Below are positions 1 through 13,056 of a stretch of 64,000 nucleotides of DNA, piece after piece. Both the position numbers and the translations under genes were made by a program. Numbering within the stretch: the first letter of the stretch is position 1; every line of letters starts with the position of its first letter. Below the pieces are notes generated by a model. The model did not search any database, was not told where the DNA came from, and was given only the letters and a program-made list of their open reading frames with translations. This DNA is from Octopus sinensis (taxonomy: Eukaryota): assembly GCF_006345805.1 (NCBI RefSeq), contig NC_043026.1:8990001-9054000 (forward strand), in the 5' to 3' direction.

Positions 1-587
1 TAAACACATATGAAATTTTTTCTGGGCATTTTGCCTGCAGAATAAAGTCAAAATATTAAAACATTTCAATTGTTATTATACCATAAACCCTCGAGTATAA
101 TCTGCATTTTTTTCCCAAAATTTAAAGGTCAAAATCCTTAGTGCGTACTATAAACGAGGTAAAAAATGAAAAATATTTTCTAGGCAATGTCCGAGTCTCT
201 ATTTGCTGTCCAGCAATGTTTATTCAGACGCATTTAGTGATGTCGGGCGCGAAAATACCTTAAGCTAATCCTAAAAGCAATGAAGTCACAAAAGAATTAT
301 CCATAACTTGCAGTAAGCAAAATTTATTAAATGTTATTTCTTTATTTTCTGCCAACAAAATGCACAAAAAAGCTACACGTTTGCATTATGTTATATATAC
401 AATAATAATAATAAAGGACGTTACCGTATAAATTTTTACAAACCATGGACGTTATATAGACCTCCTTGACTCAAGTTAGAGAAGGGGTGTGTATTATACA
501 CAAGGTTTAGGCTTTTCAGAGGTACAGCCCCTTATAACTCCCCTGCGTATTATACTCAAGGGCAGACTATACTCAAGGATTTACAGT
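1..587. mobile_element. Right part of a Tc1/mariner-superfamily (Tc2/pogo-like) non-autonomous DNA transposon
   Basis: Ends in TATACTCAAGGGCAGACTATACTCAAGGATTTACAG, with internal inverted sub-repeats (CCTCGAGTATAATC at ~88). Resembles CCGTA-type TIRs. The left end lies outside the window. Confidence 0.45.
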
Positions 588-939
588 TAATAGTAAATGT
601 AAAATGTAGCATATATATTAGTATTTAAACTAGTCATGCCCAGCGCTAATATTTTATGTTTTATACTCAAACCGACCAGATCTGGTCCCTCGTACCTGCC
701 CTTTTATGTCATTCTAAAAGTGCAACAATCATATTATTGAACTCCCAAAGCTACAAGATAGTGCATGATCACTTTAAAGTAATCCTTACTACTAAAGGCA
801 CAGGCCCTGAAGTTTTGGGTGAGGGGACTCGTTGATTACATCAACCCCAGTGTTTCACCAGTACTTAATTTATCAACCCCGAAAGGACAAAAGGCAAAGT
901 TGACCTTGGCAGAATTTGAACTAAGGAAGTAAGCGAACC

Positions 940-1352
940 ATCCAAATGTGGCTGTTGCCAGTGCCACCCCAACGGGCCTCCGTGCCGGTGACACGTGAAA
1001 AGCACCATCCGATCGTGGTCGTTTGCCAGCCTCGCCTGGCACGTAAAAAGCACCATCCGATCATGGCCGTTGCCAGCCTCGCCTGGCCCCTATGCCGGTG
1101 GCACGTAAAAAGCACCATCTGACCGTGGCCATTGCCAGCCTTGCCTGGCCCCCGTGCAGGTAGCACATAAAAAGCACCCACTACACTCTCGGAGTGGTTG
1201 GCGTTAGGAAGGGCATCCAGCTGTAGAAACCTTGCCAGATCAAACTGGGCCTGATGCAGCCTTCTGGCTTCCCAGACCCCAGTTGAACCGTCCAACTCAT
1301 GCCAGCATAGAAAACGGACGTTAAACGATGATGATGATGATGATGATGATGA
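940..1352 (+). mobile_element. SINE family 2 ((GAT)n-tailed; internal GTGCCGGTGGCACGTAAAAAGCACC tandem units)
   Basis: Body TGGCGTTAGGAAGGGCATCCAGCTGTAGAAAC...CATGCCAGCATAGAAAACGGACGTTAAAC(GAT)n. More than 12 copies in the window, e.g. 7500-7828, 8550-9017, 13055-13285, 21420-21640, 24415-24645, 39040-39395, 46690-46915, 54070-54295. Confidence 0.8.
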
Positions 1353-2448
1353 ACGTAATACAGACAAAAGCTGCAAAACATTTTGTCCCGTATTTTAATG
1401 ATCCAGTCAGCTTGCCACGATCATTGATTCAAAATAATATGAAGAAAAAAGCTTTATATTTGATAGGAAAAATCTGAATGTTAAAGAGTTAAAATATACT
1501 AAAATTATGGTTTCTAACATTGGTGATTAGATCAAAGTTAACTCATTAGCAAGGAAACTTATAGTTAAGGAGTGACCTTAGGTCATTTAGATCATTTGGC
1601 AGTGGTTATCTTGTATGTAATTAGGTTACATAGCAGTTATAATGTTTACCTTGTATATAATTTTTTTTGGTAATTTTATTCATATACATACATACATATA
1701 TGTGTGTGTGTGTGTGTGTGTGAATAAAATTATCAGGAAAATTACGTTTTTATTGAAAATTTAATATTAAAATAAAAATCAGTTTAAAAAAAAAAAACTA
1801 TGTTGCTCGAAAGGGAAAAAAAACCCGATCCCTTGGCAAAATTGACTAAACATTAGATGAAATAACTTGTGATATTTATTCTGAGTCTCTGCTTTCTGAG
1901 TTCAAATCCTGGCATGGTCAACTTTGCTTTTTATCCTTTTGGGGTTGATAAATAAAATAACAGACTAAGGTGTTGGTTAAGCGGAACCATTAGACATAGG
2001 ATGAGATGTCTTGTAGTATTTGTTCTGGCTCTTTGTAATTTGAGTTCAAATCCCACGGTGACCTACCTGGGCAGTAGATTTAATCTATTGAACTAGAGGG
2101 TGTCCTTTTAGCAGTGTAATTCTCTGTTTTATGCATTTCTGTTAGGTCACCTGTCTGGAGGAAATCTACCTGCCACCCTGGAAATCTACCTCAGAGACCC
2201 TGGAAAAATAAAGGGTCATAGGCAGGGCCCTTCTCTCCTTGATTAAGTGTATAAATATATGAAGTTTAGGATAAAATAACTAATTAATTTTTTAGCTGTA
2301 AAATTGATTTAGAAATCATAAAATTTCACTCGAGAATTAGAAATCCACTGCAAGCTACCAAAAATAGGGTTTCATTTGATATAAACATCTTAATTTCCTT
2401 AATTTTCATCAGTTTTAAAATAGTTATAACCAAACTATACTTTATATG

Positions 2449-2876
2449 GCGATCTTTCGTCTCTAGTAGACCTTTCCATCGATTTCCGTAAAAAAATTTT
2501 TTTTTTTACATATGGGCTTGCGGGAACTTTTGAAGTAATATACATACATATACACATACACCGAGTAAAAAATTTCAGTTATCTCTCTCTTTCACACATT
2601 ACTCTGTCTCTTCACACACACACTAACAGAAGCACTTCACTTACACAACATACTGTCTGTCTCCCACACCCCATCAAACACACACACACACACACACAAA
2701 TGTACATCAACAGTCCCCCTGAACGGTAACTTCAAAAGAACTTCCCTCGTCATACAATCGCTTTCTCTTAGTCTCTTTCGCTCTCATTACTTCAAAAGTT
2801 CCCACAAGCCCATACGTAAAAAAAAAAATTTTTTTACGGAAATCGACGGAAAGGTCTACTAGAGACGAAAGATTGC
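2449..2876. mobile_element. Foldback/MITE-like element with ~90-bp terminal inverted repeats
   Basis: 2449-2539 (GCGATCTTTCGTCTCTAGTAGACCTTTCC...TTTGAAGTAAT) is the near-perfect reverse complement of 2786-2876. The interior is CA/CT-rich and non-coding. Confidence 0.7.
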
Positions 2877-3601
2877 TCTTTATGTTATATTCTGTAAATG
2901 TAAATAAAATGATTTATTTGGTAATATAACAGTCTAAAATGTTTTAACAGTTTCTAGTCTTATAGAATATTATCTGAAAATAAACAAATTTGTATATAAC
3001 AGTACAGGGATATTATTAATAAATATCCTAGAAACAGCTGTCAGACCTTCTAACTATAAATGTTCTAATATCTATACAGCCTTAGTTTTTTTATCTCATT
3101 ACGCAAAAAATTCTTATATACACACGCTGACATAGAACCAACGTTGAACCCTTTATTCGCAAAATTACAGAATCTGGAACTTAACTATGGTCTGTCTACA
3201 GCACTTATTCAGCATAACCTGACACCTTTGGGTCTCAGTGACACCATTATCTCTATATAACAGTTATATTCATTTTTGAAATAGTTCTAATGAATCTTCA
3301 GTGAGGTAAAAGTATTAGTAAATTGTCTGTTAATTAAAACAATTATCGCAATAAGATTTATATTTACCTGCCTCAGCTATTATGTTTCAGTTTCAACCTG
3401 AAGTTTCTTTATTTCTCAGCAAAATCTTGTCAAACCACTTCAGTCCAACAGTCACATAGATATGACTTCTGCAGCAGTTGACATGGGAGTGATAGCATTC
3501 CAGGAAAAAGTTTATAGGCGTGTGTGGGCACGTTACCATGACAACTTTTCTGTATTTGTTTAAATGTATGGTATGTGTATATTTGTAACATATATATATA
3601 T

Positions 3602-3996
3602 AGGCGCAAGAGTGGCTGTGTGGTAAGTAGCTTGCTAACCAACCACATGGTTCCGGGTTCAGTCCCACTGCGTGGCATCTTGGGCAAGTGTTTTCTGCTA
3701 TAGCCTCGGGCCAACCAATGCCTTGTGAGTGGATTTGGTAGACGGAAACTGAAAGAAGCCTGCCGTATATATGTATATATATATATATGTATGTGTCTGT
3801 GTTTGTCACTCTAGCATTGCTTGACAACCGAAGCTGGTGTGTTTACATCCCCGTCACTTAGCGGTTCGGCAAAAGAGACCGATAGAATAAGTACTGGGCT
3901 TACAAAGAATAAGTCCCGGGGTCGATTTGCTCAACTAAAGGCGGTGCTCCAGCATGGCCGCAGTCAAATGACTGAAACAAGTGAAAGAGTAAAGAG
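3602..3996 (+). mobile_element. SINE family 1 (tRNA-derived head, CORE-like middle, internal (TA)n, GTAAAAGAG tail)
   Basis: A box TGGCTGTGTGG, B box GGTTCAGTCC, CTTGGGCAAGTG segment, and tail ACTGAAACAAGTGAAAGAGTAAAGAG. Other copies at 5863-6488, 6691-7094, 50996-51370(-), 62690-63062(-) and 63257-63410. Confidence 0.85.
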
Positions 3997-4022
3997 TATA
4001 TATATATCTATATATATATATA

Positions 4023-4099
<77 letters not shown>

Positions 4100-4390
4100 C
4101 AATAAGAAAATGGAGGGGATCAATAGTTGGTATTCATCAACTTTTAGACATTATATTATGTCAATTTATTTATTTACTAAAAGGACAATTATAACAATAT
4201 ACATACATAAAAATAACGAAGAAATAAATATATCACATGTTTATATGAAAATATATATAAGTTTGTGTATTATTGTTATAATTATATAATATAATTATAA
4301 CGAGACAAACTACTGCATTAACCCTTCCTTCTAAACACATCTAATACGTATGTACCTATGAATATGTTTCTATGGAAATATATATATATA

Positions 4391-5205
4391 TCATCATCAT
4401 TGTTTAACGTCCGCTTTCCATGCTAGCATGGGTTGGACAGTTCAACTGGGGTCTGGGAAGCCCGAAGGCTGCACCAGGCCAGTCAGATCTGGCAGTGTTT
4501 CTACAGCTGGATGCCCTTCCTAATGCCAACCACTCTGTGAGTGTAGTGGGTGCTTTTTATGTGCCACCGGCACTGGTGCCAGGCGGAGCTGGCAAACGGC
4601 CACAATCGGATGGTACTCTTTACGTGCCACCGGCACTGGTGCCAGATGAGGCTAGCAAACGGCCATAATCGGATGGTGCTCTTTACGTGACACCGGCACA
4701 GGTGCCAGACGAAGCTGGCAAACGGCCACGCTCGGATGGTGCTTTTTACGTGCCACCGGCATGGATGCCAGGCGTGGGTGGCAACAGCCACAATCGGTTG
4801 GTGTTTGTTATGTGTCACTGGCATGGAGGCCAGTCCATGCGGCACTGGCTACGACCACGTTCGGATGGTTCTCTTACGTGCCACCGGCCCACGGCGCTGG
4901 CTACGGCCACATTCGGATGCTTCTCTTACGTGCCACCGGCACTCGGCGCTGGCTACGGCCACGTTCGGATGGTTCTCTTACGTTCCACCGGCTCACGGCG
5001 CTGGCTACGGCCACATTCGGATGGTTCTCTTACGTGCCACCGGCCCACGGCGCTGGCTACGGCCACATTCGGATGGTTCTCTTACGTGCCACCGGCCCAC
5101 GGCGCTGGCTACGGCCACATTCGGATGCTTCTCTTACGTGCCACCGGCACTCGGCACTGGCTACGGCCACATTCAGATGGTTCTCTTACGTGCCACTGGC
5201 ACTGG
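4391..5205 (-). mobile_element. SINE family 2 copy with an expanded internal tandem array
   Basis: (CAT)n tail at 4391, family-2 body, ~63-bp units at 4550-4845, then seven 52-bp units. Confidence 0.8.
4847..5205. repeat. 52-bp minisatellite, 7 units
   Basis: The unit GGCTACGGCCACATTCGGATGGTTCTCTTACGTGCCACCGGCCCACGGCGCT starts at 4847, 4899, 4951, 5003, 5055, 5107 and 5159. Confidence 0.9.
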
Positions 5206-5533
5206 TATGACAACTACAAATTCCATTGATGTTGATATGTATACATGTGTGTGTGTGTGTATACAGGTGTATTCCTCACATATATACAGTTTCGTTCTTA
5301 CGTAACTAAAATAACCTAAAGATATATGGATTTTGATACTCCTCTTATAATAATTTTCTCATACCTGTTTATATTTTATCTACTATGAGTAATATAATAC
5401 ATATAATAATAATAATAACAATAATAATAACTAATTCATTTGTATGCATATACATGTACATTTAAGTGTAGGTATATGTATTTATGTATATGTGTGTGTA
5501 TTTATATTTATAACTTAACCTTATTTACTTTCT

Positions 5534-5660
5534 AAAATCTCTGATGAAGTTAGAGAAACACCCAAGTACCTCAATTTCATCTACTAATTACTTCAGTCTG
5601 CTGGAGGGATAAAGGTAGAATGAGGTATTTTTACCTCTTGGCTGAAACAGCTGCAAGAGA
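5534..5660 (+). ncRNA. Type I hammerhead ribozyme-like motif with long stem II (copy 1, U16.1 mutated)
   Basis: CTGATGA at 5541-5547, long stem II, GAAA at 5644-5647, palindromic helix III ACAGCTG(C). Confidence 0.5.
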
Positions 5661-6024
5661 GTATGTATTGAGCAAGAAAGGCTTTTGAAAAGTGTAGATT
5701 CATGGTTGAGAAAACAGTGAATAATGATTGACGATTGGGTGTGTCGTTTATAGACAGAAATAGGTTAACAGACTGAAAAGCAGTGTTGGCAGAGACATTT
5801 CAGGCTATGTCTGTATTATGTGGGTCATGAGTTTTACTCTTTAAAGCGACAAACAACTTATCACAGGAGTGGCTGTGTGGTAAGTAGCTTGCTAATCAAC
5901 CACATGGTTCCGGGTTCATTCCTATACTGGGTGGCACCTTGGGCAAGTGTCTTCTGCTATAGCCTCGGGCTGACTAAAGCCTTGTGAGTGGATTTGGTAG
6001 ACGGAAACTGAAAGAAGCCTGTTG

Positions 6025-6057
<33 letters not shown>

Positions 6058-6851
6058 GTGTGCGTGTGTGTATGTTTGTGTGTCTGTGTTTGTTCCCCCA
6101 ACTTCGCTTCACAACCGATGGTGGTGTGTTTACATCCCTGTAAAAGAGACCGATAGAATAAGTACTGGGCTTACAAAGAATAAGTCCTGGGGTCGATTTG
6201 CTCGACTAAAGGCAGTGCTCCAGCATGGTCACAGTCAAATGACTGAAACAAGTAAAAGAGACTGATAGAATAAGTACTGGGCTTACAAAAGAATAAGTCC
6301 TGGGGTCGATTTGCTCGACTAAAGGCAGTGCTCCAGCATGGCCACAGTCAAATGACTGAAACAAGTAAAAGAGACCGATAGAATAAGTACTGGGCTTACA
6401 AAAGAATAAGTCCTGGGGTCGATTTGCTCGACTAAAGGCAGTGCTCCAGCATGGCCGCGGTCAAATGACAGAAACAAGTAAAAGAGAGTATGTATTGAGC
6501 AAGAAAGGCTTTTGAAAAGTGTAGATTCATGGTTGAGAAAACAGTGAATAATGATTGACGATTGGGTGTGTCGTTTATAGACAGAAATAGGTTAACAGAC
6601 TGAAAAGCAGTGTTGGCAGAGACGTTTCAGGCTATGTCTGTATTATGTGGGTCATGAGTTTTACTCTTTAAAGCAACAAACAACTTATCACAGGAGTGGC
6701 TGTGTGGTAAGTAGCTTGCTAATCAACCACATGGTTCCGGGTTCATTCCTATACTGGGTGGCACCTTGGGCAAGTGTCTTCTGCTATAGCCTCGGGCTGA
6801 CTAAAGCCTTGTGAGTGGATTTGGTAGACGGAAACTGAAAGAAGCCTGTTG

Positions 6852-6882
<31 letters not shown>

Positions 6883-7253
6883 GTGTGCGTGTGTGTATGT
6901 TTGTGTGTCTGTGTTTGTTCCCCCAACTTCGCTTCACAACCGATGGTGGTGTGTTTACATCCCTGTAAAAGAGACCGATAGAATAAGTACTGGGCTTACA
7001 AAGAATAAGTCCTGGGGTCGATTTGCTCGACTAAAGGCAGTGCTCCAGTATGGCCGCAGTCAAATGACTGAAACAAGTAAAAGAGAGTAAAGAGTATACC
7101 AGTTCATATTTTATCTACTATGAGTAATATAATACATATAATAATAATAACTAATTCATTTGTATGCATATACATGTATATTTAAGTGTAGGTATATGTA
7201 TTTATGTATATGTGTGTGTATTTATATTTATAACTTAACCTTATATACTTTCT

Positions 7254-7385
7254 AAAATCTCCGATGAAGCCTAGAGAAACACCCAAGTACCTCAATTTCA
7301 TCTACTAATTACTTCAGTCTACTGGAGGAATAAAGGTAGAATGAGGTATTTTTACCTCTTGGCTGAAACAGCTGTAAGATATTTT
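7254..7385 (+). ncRNA. Type I hammerhead ribozyme-like motif with long stem II (copy 2)
   Basis: Helix I AAAATCT/AGAT(A)TTTT, core CCGATGA at 7261-7267, stem II AGCC...GGCT, GAAA at 7365-7368, palindromic helix III ACAGCTGT, GUA cleavage triplet. Confidence 0.6.
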
Positions 7386-8124
7386 CCCAATTCATATTCA
7401 TGTATGTTATATATTTTAATAATTACTGATATTTTTATATTCTATATATTATATATGTAAAGCATAATATGTCATACATATCGATCAACATCAATGGAAT
7501 TTGTAGTTGTGATACCAGTGCCAGTGGCACGTAAGAGAACCATCCGCACTTGGCCATAGCCAGCGCTGCCCTGACTGGCCTCTGTGCCGGTGGCATGTAA
7601 AAAGCACCATCCGATCATGGCCGTTTGCCAGCCTTGCCTGGCACCTGTGCCAGTGGCACGCAGAAGCACCCACTACACTCACGGAGTGGTTGGCGTTAGG
7701 AAGGGCATCCAGCCGTAGAAACATTGCCTGATCAGACTGGGCCTGGTGCAGCCTTCTGGCTTCCCAGACCCCAGTTGAACCGTCCAACCCATGCTAGCAT
7801 GGAAAATGGATGCTAAACGATGATGATTGGTATATTGTTATAATTGTCTTTTTAAAAAATAAATAAATTGACATAGTATAATGTCTAAAAGTTGATGAAT
7901 ACCACCTATTGATCCCCTCCATTTTCTTATTGCTCTATAAATCAATGGTAAAATATCTCTTTACCCTCACCCATTTAGTACACTCAGTAATATAATTGCA
8001 ATGCAATAAAAAACACTTGGGTATTAATAATTGGGTGTTCTACCAGCTGTGTATTGGATAGATATTATCCCTTAGTTGGTTGGATTCACAACCTCTAACT
8101 TTCTTGGAATTAATATATATATAC

Positions 8125-8431
8125 ACTAGCAGTATCACCCGGCGTTGCTCGGGTTTGTAAGGGAAATAACTATATAAGCATTTTTAGAGAGTTACTTATA
8201 TAATAGCAAAAAAAATGCATTAAAAATGGGAAAAAATGATGGTAAATTTTTTTTTTAATCGTAGACTCATTGTAGATGCGCGCTAATACCCAGAAGGGCT
8301 CGATATGATTGACGACTATAAGATACCCGCTTTTGGTTAAACTGCACCGCAAAATGTGAGAGAAGTTGGGAATCTAAATCGGAGGAGACAGAGAGTCTCA
8401 CACACACAACTTCCATTTTATATATAAAGAT
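8125..8431 (+). mobile_element. Non-autonomous Helitron-like (Lep1/DINE-1-like) element
   Basis: Starts ACTAGCAGTATCACCCGGCGTTGCTCGGG (short hairpin) and ends ACACAACTTCCATTTTATATATAAAGAT. Inserted in (TA)n. Homologs at 59529-60325. Confidence 0.55.
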
Positions 8432-9921
8432 TATATATATATATATATGTGTGTGTATATACATCTATACTATAATGGAGAAAGTTACTTATTAATTAAC
8501 TATGTAACTATTATTAAAAGTACTAAAAGAAAGCAATATTAAAAGCCTGTGGCCGATGCCAGTGCCGCCTCCGCTGGCACGTAAAATACACCAATCTGAC
8601 CGTACAACAGGCACCCATGCCAACCCCCTTGCTTGCGAAGACATGTTGGGGCAAGCGAAATCGAAATCGAATTGAACCAGCCAGGATCCCTGGTCTGGTG
8701 GTATGTAAAAAGCACCATCCGACTCGTGGCCGATGCCAGCACCGCCTCGTCTGGCTTCCGTGCCGGTGGCACATAAAATACACCAATCTGACCGTGGCCG
8801 TTGCCAGCCTCGCCTGGCACCTGTGCAGGTGGCACGTAAAAAGCACCCACTACACTCACGGAGTGGTTGGCGTTAGGAAGGGCATCCAGCTGTAGAAACA
8901 CTGCCAGATAAGACTGGAGCCTGGTGCAGCCTTCTGGCTTCCCAGATCCCCGGTCGAACCGTCCAACCCATGCTAGCATGGAGAACGGACGTTAAACGAC
9001 GATGATGATGATGATGACTGTCTGGAAATATTTTTATAAATCTGTGTTTCAATCATTTGACTGTGGCCATACTGGGGCACCACCCAGAAGAAATTTTAGT
9101 TGAATGAATCAACCCCAATACTTATTTTTTTGTAATTAAATCTAGTGCTTATTCTAATGGCCCCTTTTGCTGAACAGCCAAGATATGAAGATGTAAACAC
9201 ACCAACACCAGTTGTCATGAAATACTGGGAGACAGACACAGACACATATACATACACACTTATATATACAGAGTGTTGGTTATGAGTTTTGCTTGCGAGT
9301 TAACTGTGGCTGGTTCATCTCGATGTAGCTGTGTGTTGGTTATGCATTCACTGGTCTGGTCTGTCTGCCTGGAGTTACCGAATACAAAAGAATGACAAGA
9401 AGAACCACGTAAATTCAATGCAACTGTTATTTATTACAACTCCTTATAAAAATACATGGCAAATGTCTTACAAATTGTGAAGTAACAGGTTTGGCAAGTT
9501 TTAACAAACTCTATCTGGAACAGTGGAAGTTGTATCATAGTTGAAATTCTGTAGCATGTTCATGGTTTGGTTCTGTGTGTTGGGCAGCATCTGTTGTTGT
9601 GATCTGTCCGTTGCTGTAGAGGAAGTACAAGTTTACCAGGCCAGAGAGAGAGAGATCAGGAATGAAGACAGAAACGGGTGTGCTGCCACAAAGGAGATAC
9701 ATGGTTACCCAGCCTGAGGGAAATGCAGGAGAAGGAGATAGAGGGTGGGAGACAACACGATGGAGATAGTGGCAAAATGATGGGCGTATTCACTAGGGAG
9801 GGGATCAGAACATAAATGGGGATGGTTGAGTAAAGGAAGAAAGAGATATAGATGGTGCCAAGTGCCAGGCCATACCCTTGATGTTCAAACGTCATAATAT
9901 AAGGGACAGGATACTGCATAG

Positions 9922-10100
9922 GAGGCGAGCTGGCAGAAACGTTAGGCTCTGAGTTCAAATTCCGCCGAGGTCGACTTTGCCTTTCATCCTTTCAGGGTCG
10001 ATTGAATAAGTACCAGTTACGCACTGGGGTCAATGTAATCGACTTAATCCCTTTGTCTCCTCTCTGTGTTTAGCCCCTTGTGGGTAGTAAAGGAATAGGA
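9922..10100 (+). mobile_element. SINE family 3 (tRNA-derived)
   Basis: GGCGAGCTGGCAGAAACGTTAG...GAGTTCAAATTCCGCCGAGGTCGACTTTGCCTTTCATCC... Other copies at 20690-21055 (double), 34240-34345, 45965-46330 and 58711-58931(-). Confidence 0.75.
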
Positions 10101-10678
10101 TACTGCAAAGGAAGCATGATTAGAGTGTAGGGGGTGTTGAGTGATGACAACCAGGGTATTATATAGGGTCAGGGGGCGACCAGAGAGCAATGATACAGAG
10201 GAACAGCACCATGAGGGCAGGATTGGGGGAGTGAGAGGTAGGCATAGTGTATGGAAGGAATGTGAAGAGATGTAGATTTGTTTGTTGGGGGTAGGGTGTG
10301 TAAAAAGTTTTCTTGTTACATGTTAGATGATGATGATGATGAAATATTTTCAATGGCAGTCAATAATGGCCCCTTATGGTCCTTGTGAGAAGTAAGAAGT
10401 GTTGGTACATCTAGTGTCCACTCTATAGAATTTAAACCAGCCATATCTGGCCCAAATATTCTACCTATTTTATGATCAAAGTAGTCAGAGTTGGCTTCTT
10501 ACACCTACCCTACAATGTCATTGTGAAAATACACAATCATATCATCAAAATTTGAAAGCTGTGGGTTAATGCAGGACAACTTGAAAATAATGTGAATAAA
10601 TAACCCTCACATTCGACAGAATAATCTGCATGGTAAAGGGTTCAGTCACCCCTTACAGATTATGATTTAGCACAAATA

Positions 10679-12433
10679 TCAGTGGGATTGCTTCTTCCCC
10701 TGATGAACACGTTTGTGAGAAGTTAAGTTGCCATGTTGAGTGAATGACCTGCCACAGATATCACAAGAATATGGCTTCTCTCCAGTATGAATGCGTTTGT
10801 GTACAATCAAGCTACCTTTTTGAAAGAATGATTTACCACAAATGTCACAGTGAAATGGTGTCTCTCCTGTATGAATACGTTTGTGAGATTTTAAAACACT
10901 TTGGACAGAGAATGATTTACCACAGATGTCACAAGAATATGGTCTCTCCCCTGTATGAATGCGTTTGTGTGCAGTCAAGCTACCTTTTTGAAAGAATGAT
11001 TTACCACAAATGTCACAGTAAAATGGCTTATCTCGTGTATGAACACGTTTGTGAGATTTTAAAACACTTTGGACAGAGAATGATTTACCACAGATATCAC
11101 AAGAATATGGTCTCTCCCCTGTATGAATACGTTTATGTGCAGTCAAGCTACCTTTTTGAAAGAATGATTTACCACAAATGTCGCAAGAATATGGTGTTTC
11201 TCCTGTATGAACACGTCTGTGTTTAGTTAAGCTACTACCGGCAGAGAAAGATTTGCCACAGATGTTGCACTTATATGGCTTCTCTCCTGTATGGAAACGT
11301 TTGTGAACAGTTAAGTTCCCACTGTGAGAGAATGATTTACCACAGACATGACAGTGACAGGGCTTCTCTCCTGTATGAATACGTTTATGAGTAGTTAAAC
11401 ACCCACTTTGAGAGAATGATTTACCACAGACATCACAGTGATAGGGCTTCTCTCCTGTATGAATACGTTTATGAGTAGTTAAACACCCACTTTGAGAGAA
11501 TGATTTACCACAGATATCACAAGAATATGGTGTCTCTCCTGTATGAATACGTTTATGAATAGTTAACTTCCTACTGGTAGAGAGAGATTTGCCACAAATA
11601 TCACAGTGGCATGGCTTCTCTCCTGTATGAATACGTTTATGAGAAGTTAAAGCACTGTTGCGAGAGAATGATTTACCACAGACGTCACAGGAACATGGGA
11701 TCTCACTTGTATGAATTCGTTTGTGAGAAGTTAAAGCACTCCTTTGAGAGAATGAATAACCACAGATATTACAGGAGTACGGTTTCTCTCCTGTATGAAG
11801 ACGTTTGTGTCTTGTCAAGTCATTTTTCTGAGAGAATGGTTTACCACAAATGTTACACTGATGTGGCTTCTCCCCTGTATGAACACGTTTGTGATAATTT
11901 AAAGCACTTCTATCAGAGAATGGTGTACCACAGATAACACAGTGATAAGGCTTTTCACCAGTATGAATACGTTTGTGTATAGTCAAGTTATTCCTGTGAT
12001 GGAATGATTTACCACAGATGTCACAGTGAAATGGCTTCTCTCCTGTATGAATATGTTTGTGAGAATTTAAATGACTTCGGTCAGAGAATGATTTACCACA
12101 GACATCACAACGATAAGGCTTCTCTCCAGTATGAATACGTTTGTGTGTAGTCAAGTTATTATTTTGAGAGAATGATTTACCACAGATGTCACAGTGAAAT
12201 GGTTTCTCCCCTGTATGAATACGCTTGTGCATATTCAAGTGAGCCTTTTGAGAGAATGATTTACCACAGATGTCACAATGAAATGGCTTCTCTACCGTAT
12301 GAATACGTTTGTGCTTATACAAGTTACCCTTTTCAGAGAAGGACTTTTTACACACATCACCGTCATGTGACAATTTTTGTTTCCCTTTTTCTCCTGGAAA
12401 AGTCAGATCCTTTAGTTTCTCACTCTTTTCCAT
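10679..12433 (-). CDS. C2H2 zinc-finger protein, type A1, 584 aa, 20 fingers (finger 1 has first Cys->Gly)
   Basis: Uninterrupted ORF of 28-aa CxxC...HxxxH repeats with TGEKP linkers. 22-aa leader, no KRAB/BTB/ZAD domain visible. Confidence 0.93.
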   Translation of the reverse strand: MEKSEKLKDLTFPGEKGKQKLSHDGDVCKKSFSEKGNLYKHKRIHTVEKPFHCDICGKSFSQKAHLNMHKRIHTGEKPFHCDICGKSFSQNNNLTTHKRIHTGEKPYRCDVCGKSFSDRSHLNSHKHIHTGEKPFHCDICGKSFHHRNNLTIHKRIHTGEKPYHCVICGTPFSDRSALNYHKRVHTGEKPHQCNICGKPFSQKNDLTRHKRLHTGEKPYSCNICGYSFSQRSALTSHKRIHTSEIPCSCDVCGKSFSRNSALTSHKRIHTGEKPCHCDICGKSLSTSRKLTIHKRIHTGETPYSCDICGKSFSQSGCLTTHKRIHTGEKPYHCDVCGKSFSQSGCLTTHKRIHTGEKPCHCHVCGKSFSHSGNLTVHKRFHTGEKPYKCNICGKSFSAGSSLTKHRRVHTGETPYSCDICGKSFFQKGSLTAHKRIHTGERPYSCDICGKSFSVQSVLKSHKRVHTRDKPFYCDICGKSFFQKGSLTAHKRIHTGERPYSCDICGKSFSVQSVLKSHKRIHTGETPFHCDICGKSFFQKGSLIVHKRIHTGEKPYSCDICGRSFTQHGNLTSHKRVHQGKKQSH

Positions 12434-12452
12434 TATTTTTCTTTGAAAATCA

Positions 12453-12495
<43 letters not shown>

Positions 12496-13025
12496 TTCTT
12501 CTTTGTACTTCTATAGTCTTTGTTTACATATATTTCGACTGCTGTATTTCTGTCCAGTGTTACCTTTGTCCCAAAACTCGTTAGTAAATTTATCCAAGTT
12601 TAATTTGCAAAGAGACACATCTTGTAGACACTCCAGCCAGTGATGTCCAGAAGATTTGCTAATAACATATTTCAGAGTAAATATATCAGAGGAATTCCAC
12701 CATAGATTTATAGAAACAATCTTATATATCTGTTCTGTACAATATTTTCAATTTGATCTTTAAAAGATGATAAATAATGAGAATGTATCTTCAGTTATGC
12801 CAATGTCATCTGATATTCTGAAATAATAAAGAAACAAGTGTAAGATATAGAGGCTACTTAAAAAAATACAGATTCAACATTTCCATAAAGATAAACTCTA
12901 GAAATAAACATTTAACTGAACAACAGAACTTTCTAATTTATTAATATTTACATCAGAAAATCTTGTGTGAAGTTAACATATTTCTAAATTCCAGTTACAC
13001 ATTCCTACTGCACAACATTTATATA

Positions 13026-13056
<31 letters not shown>

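Noticed and set aside
3029-3050. GAAACAGCTGTC hammerhead 3' half
   Set aside because: No CUGANGA-like core or helix I partner found upstream. At most a decayed remnant.
3602-3680. tRNA genes at SINE heads
   Set aside because: A and B boxes are present, but there is no complete cloverleaf or acceptor stem and each head continues into a repeat body.
4847-5205. CRISPR-like regular repeats (also 38721-39035)
   Set aside because: Contiguous tandem units without unique spacers, eukaryotic context, and no cas genes.
4687-5305. Three overlapping stop-free plus-strand ORFs, and similar ORFs at 38404-39170
   Set aside because: Products of 52- and 63-bp SINE-internal tandem repeats lacking stop codons. 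No domain evidence.
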